NCBI GenBank assembly: GCA_046086305.1
Contig: JBJSXI010000044.1
Span: 9,916 to 73,915, forward strand
DNA from: Ilumatobacteraceae bacterium
GTDB taxonomy: Bacteria > Actinomycetota > Acidimicrobiia > Acidimicrobiales > Ilumatobacteraceae
Length of the DNA: 64,000 nt
Direction: 5' to 3'
Positions 8,295 to 17,640 of this stretch are shown here, one piece after another. Both the position numbers and the translations under genes were made by a program. Under the pieces are notes generated by a model that worked only from the letters and a program-made list of their open reading frames with translations, searched no databases and was not told the origin of the DNA. How positions within the stretch are numbered: position 1 is the stretch's first letter; each line of letters starts with the position of its first letter.

Positions 8295-9779
8295 GTGGCC
8301 ATTCCGAAGGTCTGTGGTCTGGAGACCGAGTTCGGCATCGTCGCTCGCGGCGGTGAGACGAATCCGGTCGTCGCGTCGTCGATCCTGATCACCGCGTACC
8401 TGTCGTCGGTCGCCCGACCGACCGGCTGGGACTTCGGTCACGAGCATCCAGGTGTCGACGCGCGAGGTTTCGACTCCGAGGCCGACTTCGGCGCCGATGT
8501 CGACACCGGCCTCGTGAATGCGGTGCTCACCAACGGCGCGAGGTACTACGTCGATCACGCCCACCCCGAGGTGAGTACCCCCGAGTGCCGCACCGCCCGC
8601 GACGCGATGGTCTACGACCGGGCCGCCGAGGAGATCATCCGGGCCAGCATGGCGGCGGCGGCACGGGTCCTCCCCGAGGGTGCCGAGATCCTCTGCCACA
8701 AGAACAACTCGGACGGGAAGGGCAACAGCTACGGCTGCCACGAGAACTACCTCATGGCCCGCGACGTGCCGTTCTTGCGGATCGCGTTGCAGATCACCAG
8801 CCACTTCGTCACCCGCCAGATCGTTGTCGGCGCAGGCAAGGTCGGCTCGGAGATCCACGGGCGGGCCACCGACGAGGTTGCCTACCAGCTCAGCCAACGG
8901 GCCGACTTCTTCGAGGAGGAGATCGGCCTCGAGACGACACTCAAGCGACCGATCGTCAACACCCGCGACGAACCGCATTGCGAGACCTCCAAGTACCGCA
9001 GGCTCCATGTGATCGTCGGCGACGCGAACATGAGTGAGGTGGCGACCTTCCTGAAGGTCGGGACGACCGCGATCGTGCTCGCGATGATCGAGGACGATGT
9101 GCTCGGTGACGATCTGCGGCTCGCCTCGCCGGTTGCGGCGATACGACAGATCAGCCACGATCCGAACCTGCGTCGAACGGTCCACCTGCGCGACGGACGA
9201 CGCCTCCGCGCGCTCGACGTGCAGTGGGCGCTGTATGAACGTGCGGCGGCGTACGCCGCGCAGCACGGTCTCGAGGCAGTCGGCGAAGAGGTCGGCCGTG
9301 AGGTGCTGCGCAGGTGGGAGGCCAGCCTGACGGGCCTCGAGCAGGATCCCGACTCGATGGCCTCGACGATCGACTGGGTCGCCAAGCGACGCATCGTCGA
9401 GGGGTACCGCGAACGTCATGGTCTGGGTGCGAGCGACCCTCGCCTGAAGGCCCTCGACCTCCAGTACCACGACATGCGGGCCGAGCGATCCTTGGCCCGC
9501 CGTGCGGGCCTCGAACGGCTCGTCACCGAGGACGAGGTCGTCGCCGCGATGACGACGCCGCCGTCCGACACCCGTGCCTATTTCCGGGGGAGATGCCTCG
9601 CCAAGTGGCCCGACCAGGTCTCGGCCGCGAACTGGGACAGTCTGGTGTTCGACCTCGGCCGCGATCCGTTGCGCCGGGTACCGATGTCCGAGCCGCTGCG
9701 CGGGACCGCAGCGATCGTGGCTAGGTTGATCGACGAGAGCGACACCCCCGCCGACCTGATCCAGCGGCTCGGCGGCTGA
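8295..9779 (+). CDS. dop: Pup deamidase/depupylase Dop
   Basis: CGLETEFGI start motif and [13 protein letters not shown], the carboxylate-amine-ligase fold shared with PafA. Located between arc and pup. GTG 8295 is the first start after the arc stop. Confidence 0.9.
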   Translation: MAIPKVCGLETEFGIVARGGETNPVVASSILITAYLSSVARPTGWDFGHEHPGVDARGFDSEADFGADVDTGLVNAVLTNGARYYVDHAHPEVSTPECRTARDAMVYDRAAEEIIRASMAAAARVLPEGAEILCHKNNSDGKGNSYGCHENYLMARDVPFLRIALQITSHFVTRQIVVGAGKVGSEIHGRATDEVAYQLSQRADFFEEEIGLETTLKRPIVNTRDEPHCETSKYRRLHVIVGDANMSEVATFLKVGTTAIVLAMIEDDVLGDDLRLASPVAAIRQISHDPNLRRTVHLRDGRRLRALDVQWALYERAAAYAAQHGLEAVGEEVGREVLRRWEASLTGLEQDPDSMASTIDWVAKRRIVEGYRERHGLGASDPRLKALDLQYHDMRAERSLARRAGLERLVTEDEVVAAMTTPPSDTRAYFRGRCLAKWPDQVSAANWDSLVFDLGRDPLRRVPMSEPLRGTAAIVARLIDESDTPADLIQRLGG

Positions 9780-9801
9780 TGTCGGGATCAGGAGGACAGT
9801 C

Positions 9802-9993
9802 ATGGCCGAGCGCACGCACAAGCAGAAGTCGACACCGCCGCGCGAGGAGCAGGCCGTCGACGAACTGCCGGTCGCTCCCGGCGGCGACCGCCTGAAGGCC
9901 GAACTGGACGATCTGCTCGACGAGATCGACGAGGTGCTCGAGACGAACGCCGAGGACTTCGTCAGGTCATACGTCCAGAAGGGCGGCCAGTGA
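9802..9993 (+). CDS. pup: prokaryotic ubiquitin-like protein Pup (C-terminal GGQ)
   Basis: 63 aa, acidic helix [35 protein letters not shown] lies 7 nt upstream of the ATG. Confidence 0.95.
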   Translation: MAERTHKQKSTPPREEQAVDELPVAPGGDRLKAELDDLLDEIDEVLETNAEDFVRSYVQKGGQ

Positions 9994-10772
9994 ACTCGCT
10001 GCCGATGTTCGAACCCGGGTCGGACCCAGGGCCCAGCTTCCCAGAACTGATGCGACGTGTAGGGCTCGAGCCGTTCCCCGGCGGTGCCGGCGTGGTCGAC
10101 GTGCCGCACGCCACCACATGTGTTGCACTGCGCTTCACCGACGGTGTGGTGATGGCAGGCGACCGCCGGGCGACGAGCGGCAATCTGATCAGCCACCGCA
10201 CGATGGAGAAGGTCGTCCAGGCCGACCAGCACAGTGGCGTCGCGATCTCGGGTGCAGCCGGACCGGCGATGGAGATGATCCGCATCTTCCAACTGCAGCT
10301 CGAGCATTACGAGAAGGTCGAAGGCGGACCCCTCAGCCTCGAGGGCAAGGCGAACCAACTCTCCATGATGGTGCGCAGCAACCTCCCCGCTGCGATGCAG
10401 GGCATGATCGTCGTGCCGCTGTTCGCCGGCTACGACCTGCGGCGCGGCACGGGGCGGCTGTTCGACTACGACGCGACGGGCGGTCGCTACGAGGAGCACG
10501 ACTATGTGGCCGCCGGCTCCGGCAGCCTGCACGCAGGTACCGTCGTGAAGGTGGGCTGGCGACCCGGGCTCGACCGTGCAGCGGCGATCGCACTGGCCTG
10601 TCGGAGCCTGTGGGAGGCTGCCGACGCCGATTCGGCGACCGCCGGCCCCGATGTGCTGCGTCGGATCTTCCCGATCGTCGCAACCATCACCGCCGAGGGC
10701 TGGACCCGTGTCGAGGACGACGAGCTCGCTGCAGTGTTCGAGTCGATCGTCGCGGAGGTGGCCGGACGATGA
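9990..10772 (+). CDS. prcB: 20S proteasome beta subunit
   Basis: GTGA overlap with the pup stop. Propeptide followed by [23 protein letters not shown] (catalytic Thr). Confidence 0.92.
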   Translation: MNSLPMFEPGSDPGPSFPELMRRVGLEPFPGGAGVVDVPHATTCVALRFTDGVVMAGDRRATSGNLISHRTMEKVVQADQHSGVAISGAAGPAMEMIRIFQLQLEHYEKVEGGPLSLEGKANQLSMMVRSNLPAAMQGMIVVPLFAGYDLRRGTGRLFDYDATGGRYEEHDYVAAGSGSLHAGTVVKVGWRPGLDRAAAIALACRSLWEAADADSATAGPDVLRRIFPIVATITAEGWTRVEDDELAAVFESIVAEVAGR

Positions 10773-11449
10773 CCATGCCGTTCTACGTCTCGCCCGAGCA
10801 GATGATGATGGATCGGGCCGAGTACGCCCGGAAGGGCATTGCCCGCGGTCGGGCGATGGTCGCCCAGCGTTACGACGAGGGCATCGTCCTCGTGGCCGAG
10901 AATCCGAGCAATACCTTGCGCAAGATCAGCGAGATCTACGACCGGATCGCCTTCGCGGGTGTGGGTCGGTACAACGAGTTCGATCAACTTCGGGTGGCCG
11001 GTGTGCGCGCCGCCGACCTCAAGGGCTATCAGTACAGCAGGGACGACGTCGACGCGCGGAGCCTCGCCAATGAGTACGCCAAGATGCTCGGCAGTGTGTT
11101 CACCCACGATGTGAAGCCACTCGAGGTCGAGATCCTTGTCGCCGAGGTGGGCGTGACCGGCGACGAGGACCAGTTGTTCCACATCCTCTACGACGGCACC
11201 GTCGTCGACGAGCGCAACTTCAGTGTTCTCGGCGGAGATGCCGAGGCGATCTCGGCGCGTCTACGCGACACCTACGTCGCCGACCTTCCGCTCGCCGACA
11301 CGATCCGCTCGTCGGTCATCGCGCTCGCCGGACCGGAGCGCACGCTCGGCGCCGGCGAACTCGAGGTCGCGGTCCTCTCGCGGCAGGTGGGACGGCGATG
11401 CTTCCGACGCCTCGACGACACCGTCGTGGCAGAGGCGCTCGCTGGCTGA
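10769..11449 (+). CDS. prcA: 20S proteasome alpha subunit
   Basis: ATGA overlap with the prcB stop. [27 protein letters not shown] is the canonical actinobacterial PrcA N-terminus. Confidence 0.92.
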   Translation: MTMPFYVSPEQMMMDRAEYARKGIARGRAMVAQRYDEGIVLVAENPSNTLRKISEIYDRIAFAGVGRYNEFDQLRVAGVRAADLKGYQYSRDDVDARSLANEYAKMLGSVFTHDVKPLEVEILVAEVGVTGDEDQLFHILYDGTVVDERNFSVLGGDAEAISARLRDTYVADLPLADTIRSSVIALAGPERTLGAGELEVAVLSRQVGRRCFRRLDDTVVAEALAG

Positions 11450-11455
11450 CCCACC

Positions 11456-12178
11456 GTGGTCGATCTCAACTGCGACCTCGGTGAGTCGTACGGCGCGTTC
11501 GCCGGAGGTCCCGACGAAGCGCTCGTCGAGGTGATCACCTCGGCGAACATCGCCTGTGGCGCATATGCCGGCGACCCCTCGTCGATGAGACGCACCTGTG
11601 CACGTGCCATCACCCACGGCGTCGCGATCGGTGCGCAAGTCGGGTATCCCGATCTGCTGGGGTTCGGTCGACGCTTCATCGACATCGCCCCGCAAGAACT
11701 CGTCGACAGCGTCGTCCACCAGATCGGTGCCCTCGCGGTGTTCGCTCGTGTCACGGGGGGACGGGTGACCTACGTGAAGCCCCACGGGGCGCTCTACCAC
11801 GCAGTCATCCACCATGAAGCGCAGGCCCGCGCCGTGGTGCGTGCCGTCGAGGAGTACGGGGACGGTCTGGTGCTGCTCGGTGCACCCGACTCCGAACTCG
11901 GACGGGCCGCTGCGTCGTCCGGCATCGAGTTCGTCGTCGAGGGCTTCGCCGACCGTCGGTACGGGGCCGACGGCAGGCTCGTGCCGCGCAGCGAACCCGA
12001 TGCGCTGCTCACCGACCCCGAGGAGGCGATGGCCCAAGCCCTGCGCCTCGCTCGCGACGGCATCCGGTCGATCTGTGTGCACAGCGACACACCGGGCGCA
12101 GTCGAGATTGCTCGTCGGGTGCGCGCCGGACTCGCCGACGCCGGTCACCCACTCGCTCCGTTCACCCGGACTCGATGA
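11456..12178 (+). CDS. pxpA: 5-oxoprolinase subunit A (LamB/YcsF family)
   Basis: VDLNCDLGESYG start motif and the GFGRR and KPHGALY motifs. Starts 6 nt after the prcA stop. Confidence 0.85.
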   Translation: MVDLNCDLGESYGAFAGGPDEALVEVITSANIACGAYAGDPSSMRRTCARAITHGVAIGAQVGYPDLLGFGRRFIDIAPQELVDSVVHQIGALAVFARVTGGRVTYVKPHGALYHAVIHHEAQARAVVRAVEEYGDGLVLLGAPDSELGRAAASSGIEFVVEGFADRRYGADGRLVPRSEPDALLTDPEEAMAQALRLARDGIRSICVHSDTPGAVEIARRVRAGLADAGHPLAPFTRTR

Positions 12179-12765
12179 GAGTCCTGCCCTACGGTCCACG
12201 GGCGCTCCTCGTCGAGCTCGACGATCTCGACACGGTGATGTCCTCGTCGACACAGTGGCGATCGGCGCAGATCCCCGGCGTGATCGATGTCGTTCCCGCA
12301 GCGCGCACCATCCTCGTGGTGCACGATGGCACGCTCGATCCGAACCTCCTCGTGCCGGTTTCGGGCCCACTCCCGATCGTCGAGACCGAGGTGGTCGAGA
12401 TTCCCGTGGCCTACGACGGAGAGGATCTCGACGAGCTCGCCGCCGAGACCGGCCTCGACGTCGCGACGATCATCGTGCGACACACGAGTGCGCTGTATCG
12501 CGTCGCGTTCTGCGGGTTCTCGCCCGGCTTCGCGTACCTCGTCGGCCTGCCGGTCGAGCTGCACGTGACCCGTCGTTCGACGCCGCGCGAGCGCGTCGAC
12601 GCCGGATCGGTCGCCATCGCCGACGGCTACAGCGGCATCTATCCACGTCGTGGTCCGGGTGGGTGGCGGCTCCTCGGACACACCGATGTCGTGCTGTGGG
12701 ACGAGTCGCGCACCCCGCCGGCGCTGCTCACACCTGGTGCCGCAGTGAGGTTCGTCGCCCGATGA
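12175..12765 (+). CDS. pxpB: 5-oxoprolinase subunit B (KipI / allophanate hydrolase subunit 1 family)
   Basis: ATGA overlap with pxpA. YRVAFCGFSPGFAYL motif. Confidence 0.8.
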   Translation: MRVLPYGPRALLVELDDLDTVMSSSTQWRSAQIPGVIDVVPAARTILVVHDGTLDPNLLVPVSGPLPIVETEVVEIPVAYDGEDLDELAAETGLDVATIIVRHTSALYRVAFCGFSPGFAYLVGLPVELHVTRRSTPRERVDAGSVAIADGYSGIYPRRGPGGWRLLGHTDVVLWDESRTPPALLTPGAAVRFVAR

Positions 12766-13562
12766 TCGAGGTGCTCGGCTGGGGTGTCGGCGGGATGGTC
12801 GTCGACCTCGGCATCGTCGGCAGGGCCTGGCTCGGGAGCCCACGCGGTGGCGCAGTCGACGCGGATGCACTTGCCTTTGCCAACCGCCTCGTCGGGAATA
12901 TGTCGCATGCCCGCGGATTCGAATCGTGCGGTGGACTCGTGTTCCGGCTGCGACGCGCCGCGACCGTCGCCGTCACGGGTGGCGTCGCCGTGATCGAGGT
13001 CGTCGACGGCCCGCCACTCGGTGCCTCGACACCGGTCTCTCTTCCAGCACACGCAACCGTGCGGATCGGCGCGATCTCCGACGGGTGTCGCGTCTACGTC
13101 GCGGTTCGCGGCGGACTTGCCCTGCCGAAGGACGATGTGGTCGCGGTTGGGGCAGATCCGCTGACTGCGCTGCACCCGGATGCTGCCGTGCGTCCACTTC
13201 CGGCACCCGAACTCACCATCTGGCCGGGGCCTCGGCTCGACTGGTTCGTCGACGACACCTGGCAGCAACTCCTCGCCCGACCATGGCGGGTGGGAGCGTC
13301 GAGCAGGGTCGGCGTGCGGCTCGAGGGAACCCCGCTCATCCGGTTGCGGCGGGGCGAACTCCCGAGCGAGGGCATCGTCGAGGGCGCGATCCAGGTGCCC
13401 CCGGACGGTCAGCCGATCGTCATGCTCGCCGACCACCCGACCACGGGGGGTTACCCGGTGGTCGCCGTGGTCGACCCGGCAGATCTGGCCGCCGCTGCCC
13501 AGGCGCGACCGGGCGGGGAGATCGTCATGCGGGGCGCCCGACGGCGCACGGTCGGCCCGTGA
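12762..13562 (+). CDS. pxpC: 5-oxoprolinase subunit C (KipA / allophanate hydrolase subunit 2 family)
   Basis: ATGA overlap with pxpB. Cyclophilin-like C-terminus with [15 protein letters not shown]. Confidence 0.8.
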   Translation: MIEVLGWGVGGMVVDLGIVGRAWLGSPRGGAVDADALAFANRLVGNMSHARGFESCGGLVFRLRRAATVAVTGGVAVIEVVDGPPLGASTPVSLPAHATVRIGAISDGCRVYVAVRGGLALPKDDVVAVGADPLTALHPDAAVRPLPAPELTIWPGPRLDWFVDDTWQQLLARPWRVGASSRVGVRLEGTPLIRLRRGELPSEGIVEGAIQVPPDGQPIVMLADHPTTGGYPVVAVVDPADLAAAAQARPGGEIVMRGARRRTVGP

Positions 13563-13584
13563 ACCCTGCGCTACGGTGCGGCGC

Positions 13585-14943
13585 GTGGACCGGCGGATCT
13601 TCGGGCTCGAGAACGAGTACGGGGTCACCTGCACACTCCGAGGCCAGCGTCGGCTGAGCCCCGACGAGGTTGCCCGCTACCTGTTCCGCAGGGTCGTGTC
13701 GTGGGGCCGCAGCAGCAACGTCTTTCTCCAGAACGGTGCCCGGCTGTATCTCGACGTCGGCTCACATCCCGAGTACGCGACACCCGAGTGCGACAGCATC
13801 TACGACCTCGTCGTGCACGACAAGGCAGGGGAGCGGATCCTCGAGAGCCTGCAGCAGTCGGCTGAGCAGCGCCTACGCGAAGAGGGGATCAGGGGCACGG
13901 TCTACCTGTTCAAGAACAACACCGACTCGGCGGGTAACAGTTACGGCTGCCACGAGAACTACCTCACGCGACGCGATGACGACCTCGGGTCGTACGCCGA
14001 GGTGCTGATCCCGTTCCTGGTCAGTCGGCAGATCTTCACGGGCGCGGGCAAGGTGCTGCAGAGTGCTCGGGGGCCGATGTTCTCGATCGCCCAACGGGCC
14101 GAGCACATCTGGGAGGGTGTCAGTAGCGCCACGACGCGCAGCCGGCCGATCATCAATACCCGCGACGAACCGCACGCCGACGCCGAGCGCTACCGGCGCC
14201 TGCACGTGATCGTCGGCGACAGCAATATGAGCGAATACACCACCTTCGTCAAGGTCGGCTCTGCGGCCTGCATGTTGCGGATGATGGAGGATCCCGCCGT
14301 CGTGCTGCGCGACCTGACACTCGAGAACCCCATTCGCGCCATTCGCGACATCAGCCACGACATGACGTGTCGCAGGAAGGTTCGCCTCGCCAACGGACGC
14401 GAGCTCAGCGCACTCGACATCCTGCGCGAGTACCTCGACCGAGCGCTGCGGTATGCCGAGGCCCGTGGCTTCCCCGAGTTCGAACAGCGAGCCCTCGAGA
14501 TGTGGGAGCACTGCATCAGCACGATCGAGAACGATCCACTGAAGCTCGACCGAGAGGTCGACTGGGTAATCAAGTATCGCCTGGTGGAGGCCTTCCGCGA
14601 GCGACACGGTCTGTCGCTCGGTGACCCCCGTGTGCAGCTGCTCGATCTGCAGTACCACGACATCTGTCGCGAACGGAGCCCGTTCTACAAACTTCAGGAC
14701 CGCGGCATGGTCGAGCGCATGTGTCTCGACTCCGACATCGACGCTGCCGTCGACGTGCCGCCGCAGACCACGCGGGCGCGCTTACGCGGCGAGTTCATCA
14801 AGCGCGCGAAGGAGCGCAGGCGTGACTACACCGTCGACTGGGTGCACCTGAAGCTGAACGATCAGGCGCAGCGCACGGTGCTGTGCAAGGACCCGTTCCG
14901 AAGCCGCGACGAGCGGGTCGACCGTTTGCTCGAGTCGCTGTGA
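13585..14943 (+). CDS. pafA: Pup--protein ligase PafA
   Basis: [10 protein letters not shown] start motif, [20 protein letters not shown] and [10 protein letters not shown]. 452 aa, paralogous to the dop product in this window. Confidence 0.92.
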   Translation: MDRRIFGLENEYGVTCTLRGQRRLSPDEVARYLFRRVVSWGRSSNVFLQNGARLYLDVGSHPEYATPECDSIYDLVVHDKAGERILESLQQSAEQRLREEGIRGTVYLFKNNTDSAGNSYGCHENYLTRRDDDLGSYAEVLIPFLVSRQIFTGAGKVLQSARGPMFSIAQRAEHIWEGVSSATTRSRPIINTRDEPHADAERYRRLHVIVGDSNMSEYTTFVKVGSAACMLRMMEDPAVVLRDLTLENPIRAIRDISHDMTCRRKVRLANGRELSALDILREYLDRALRYAEARGFPEFEQRALEMWEHCISTIENDPLKLDREVDWVIKYRLVEAFRERHGLSLGDPRVQLLDLQYHDICRERSPFYKLQDRGMVERMCLDSDIDAAVDVPPQTTRARLRGEFIKRAKERRRDYTVDWVHLKLNDQAQRTVLCKDPFRSRDERVDRLLESL

Positions 14944-14968
14944 GCCACGTCCGCGAGCACCGGGTAGC

Positions 14969-15589
14969 GTGGCGATGATGGCTGGTGCGGCCCCCTCTCC
15001 CTCGCAATTCGACGGTCGATTCGGCTGGATGGCACCCCCGCCGGCGCCGCCGACACGCCGAAAGCGCGTTGCCGGATTCCTCGAGTGGGTCGTCGTCATC
15101 GCGGTTGCGGTCGGCGCGGCCTTCCTCGTCAAGGCCTACGTCGTCCAGCAGTTCCAGGTCGCCGGCAATTCGATGAAGGAAACCCTCCACGACACCGATC
15201 GGGTGTTGGTGAACAAACTCAGCTATCGCCTCCACGAACCGAACCGGGGGGATGTCGTCGTACTGAAGACCCTCGAGAGCACGGGCGAGCGCGATCTCAT
15301 CAAGCGCGTGATCGCCCTTCCGGGTGAGACGATCGACATCCGTAACTGTCAGGTGTATGTCGACGGTCGACTGCTTCTCGAGCCTTACCTCGACGAGGTC
15401 GTCGCACCGTGCACCGACCCCAACGCCTACGCCTTCCCCTTCACCGTCCCCGACGAGCACGTCTTCGTCCTCGGCGACAACCGGCCGGGTTCGAAGGACA
15501 GTCGCGACATCGGCCCGGTGAGGTACGACGATCTGCTCGGACGCGCGTTCGTCGTGATCTGGCCGACCCCCGACTGGCAGTGGCTGTAG
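14969..15589 (+). CDS. lepB: signal peptidase I
   Basis: N-terminal TM segment. Catalytic boxes GNSMKETL (Ser), GDVVVLK, LIKRVIALPGE (Lys) and VLGDNRPGSKDSR. Confidence 0.88.
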   Translation: MAMMAGAAPSPSQFDGRFGWMAPPPAPPTRRKRVAGFLEWVVVIAVAVGAAFLVKAYVVQQFQVAGNSMKETLHDTDRVLVNKLSYRLHEPNRGDVVVLKTLESTGERDLIKRVIALPGETIDIRNCQVYVDGRLLLEPYLDEVVAPCTDPNAYAFPFTVPDEHVFVLGDNRPGSKDSRDIGPVRYDDLLGRAFVVIWPTPDWQWL

Positions 15590-15593
15590 GCCG

Positions 15594-16331
15594 TCAGTCC
15601 GGTCGAGTCGGTCGACCGATCTGGTCGCGATAGACGTCCATCATCACGTCGGGCCGGTCGCTGTACACGGCGTCGAGGCCCATGCGCAGACCGCGCTCGA
15701 GGATGTGCGGTTCCTGGAGGTCCCAGCCGAAGGCATGCACGCCGAAGCGGTGCACGAGGGCCACGAGACCGCCGGACCAGTCACTGTGATGCAGGTTCAG
15801 ACCGTCGATGCCCTCGGCCGCTAGGCGCGCCGCACGACGTTCGATGCCCTCGCCGATACGACTCAGCCGGGTGCTGTCGACGAGACGCACCCCTGAACCG
15901 CGCAGCGCGAGCAGCGTCTCGATGTCGGGGGCGCACAGCCAGGTCCGCTCGAGCGACCCTGGTGCGTGCTCGAGCAGGGTCCGTACGACCTCGGGGCCAG
16001 CAGCGGGGTCCTTGAGGTCGAACGACAGATGACATGTCGAGCCGTGGGCTCGCACGACCTCGGCGAGGGTGGGGATGTGGGGTGGCAGGTCGTCACGCAG
16101 CACGTCGGCGAGGGCGCGGCGTCGACCCCAGCGGCGGGGAACGACGCCGTCGTGATCGAGCACGGCGACCCCGTCTGCCGTCAGCCAGACGTCACTCTCC
16201 AACCCCGTCGCCCCCAGCCGGACGGCCAGCGCGAAGGCCTCGAGGGTGTTCTCCGGGGCGTAGGCCCGGGCACCGCGATGGGCGAAGGCGATCGGCTCGT
16301 CGGCGAGCGAGGGGAGTCGCTGCTGCACGAC
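15594..16331 (-). CDS. glycerophosphodiester phosphodiesterase family protein (copy 1)
   Basis: IAFAHRGARAYAPENTLEAF and GLESDVWLTADGVAVLDHD motifs. Start is uncertain; GTG 16331 was chosen because upstream alternatives approach or overlap tatB (starts 16396), which 16331 avoids. Confidence 0.75.
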   Translation of the reverse strand, partial: VVQQRLPSLADEPIAFAHRGARAYAPENTLEAFALAVRLGATGLESDVWLTADGVAVLDHDGVVPRRWGRRRALADVLRDDLPPHIPTLAEVVRAHGSTCHLSFDLKDPAAGPEVVRTLLEHAPGSLERTWLCAPDIETLLALRGSGVRLVDSTRLSRIGEGIERRAARLAAEGIDGLNLHHSDWSGGLVALVHRFGVHAFGWDLQEPHILERGLRMGLDAVYSDRPDVMMDVYRDQIGRPTRPD

Positions 16332-16395
16332 ACGATCCTTCCACGGCCGTGGCCCTGGGGACGGTGGAAGGCGGTGACCTCGTAGACTCGCCGAC

Positions 16396-16866
16396 GTGTT
16401 CAACCTGAAGGGCAGCGAAGTCGTCTTCCTGCTCCTCATCGCTCTGGTCGTGCTCGGACCCGAGAAGCTTCCCGATGCGATCCGCCGGTTCGGCTCGGCC
16501 TACGCCCAGTTCCGCCGCATGGCGAGCGGATTCCAAGGTGAGCTCCGCTCGGCCCTCGACGAACCACTCCGCGAACTCCGCGGCACGGCCGACGCCGTCC
16601 GCCAGGCGGCGCGGCTCGACGATGCGCCGGCCGCGAGCGCACCCTCGGCCCCCGAGCGTGTGCCGGATCGCACACCGGCCCCCCGACCTGACTCGGCGCT
16701 CAACTTCGGAGCGGCCAACCCCCGACGCGCTGAACGCGTCGCTCGTCGGAACGACTCGCCGTCCGAACCGACCGACGCGCTCAACGGCGACATGGACCCC
16801 TCAGCGGTCGACGAGTCCCCAGATGCAGGTGACGACGAGCGCGACGATCGAGACGCCACCACATGA
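16396..16866 (+). CDS. twin-arginine translocase TatA/TatB-family subunit (TatB-like length)
   Basis: MFNLKGSEVVFLLLIALVVLGPEKLP, then an amphipathic helix and a long Pro/Ala/Asp-rich tail. 4-nt overlap with tatC. Confidence 0.8.
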   Translation: MFNLKGSEVVFLLLIALVVLGPEKLPDAIRRFGSAYAQFRRMASGFQGELRSALDEPLRELRGTADAVRQAARLDDAPAASAPSAPERVPDRTPAPRPDSALNFGAANPRRAERVARRNDSPSEPTDALNGDMDPSAVDESPDAGDDERDDRDATT

Positions 16867-17636
16867 GCGACGACACCACGGTCACGAGCGGTGGCCACAT
16901 GACGCTCGTCGAGCACCTCGCCGAGCTGCGGACACGGATCATCCGGTCGGTCCTCGCGATCGCCCTCGGACTCATCGCCATCCTTGCGCTGTACGACCAT
17001 GTGCTCGCCTTCATGCTCGCCCCGTACGAGCGACTCTGTGAGCAGGATCCGACCCTCACGTGTGAGGTGCAATTCATCGGTCCACTCGAGGGATTCACGA
17101 CACGTCTCAGCATCAGCACCTACGGCGGCATCATCGTCGCCATGCCGGTGATCCTGTGGCAGATCTGGCGCTTCATCGTGCCTGCGCTCCACGCCAAGGA
17201 GAAGCGGTATGCGATTCCGTTCATCGTGTCGTCGATCGTGCTGTTCCTCCTCGGCGGCCTCGTCGCCTACCTGACACTCACCCCCGCCCTCGACTTCCTC
17301 ATCTCGTGGGCGGGTGAGGATGTACGGGCGAACTTCCAGGTGAGCAAGTACGTGAGCCTGTTCGGTCTGATGGTTGCCGCGTTCGGCGTCACGTTCCTCT
17401 TTCCCGTACTGCTCGTGTTCCTCCAGCTCGTCGGCGTCGTCACCCCGCAGACGCTCGCCAAGCAGTGGCGTTACGCCGTGGTCATCGTGTTCCTCGTCGC
17501 CGCAGTGGTCACCCCGAGCGGTGATCCCTACTCGATGATGGCGATGGCACTGCCGATGATGATCTTCTACCTCGCGAGTGTGGTCATCGGGCTGGTCGCC
17601 CAGCGTCGCCGGCGTGCTCGTGAGGCTGCAGGCTGA
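16863..17636 (+). CDS. tatC: twin-arginine translocase subunit TatC
   Basis: MTLVEHLAELRTRIIRS start and six hydrophobic segments, downstream of the tatA/B-like gene. Confidence 0.9.
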   Translation: MSDDTTVTSGGHMTLVEHLAELRTRIIRSVLAIALGLIAILALYDHVLAFMLAPYERLCEQDPTLTCEVQFIGPLEGFTTRLSISTYGGIIVAMPVILWQIWRFIVPALHAKEKRYAIPFIVSSIVLFLLGGLVAYLTLTPALDFLISWAGEDVRANFQVSKYVSLFGLMVAAFGVTFLFPVLLVFLQLVGVVTPQTLAKQWRYAVVIVFLVAAVVTPSGDPYSMMAMALPMMIFYLASVVIGLVAQRRRRAREAAG

Positions 17637-17640
17637 CGAC

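Noticed and set aside
8205-10532. 775-aa ORF on the minus strand spanning dop, pup and prcB
   Set aside because: It is antisense to three genes with unmistakable family motifs. Its translation is Arg/Gly/Asp-rich with no recognisable domain. Long antisense ORFs are expected in high-GC DNA because stop codons are rare.
14944-14973. GCCACG...CGTGGC hairpin after pafA as a terminator
   Set aside because: It has only a 6-bp stem and an 18-nt loop, and the 3' arm overlaps the lepB start codon. It is too weak to call.
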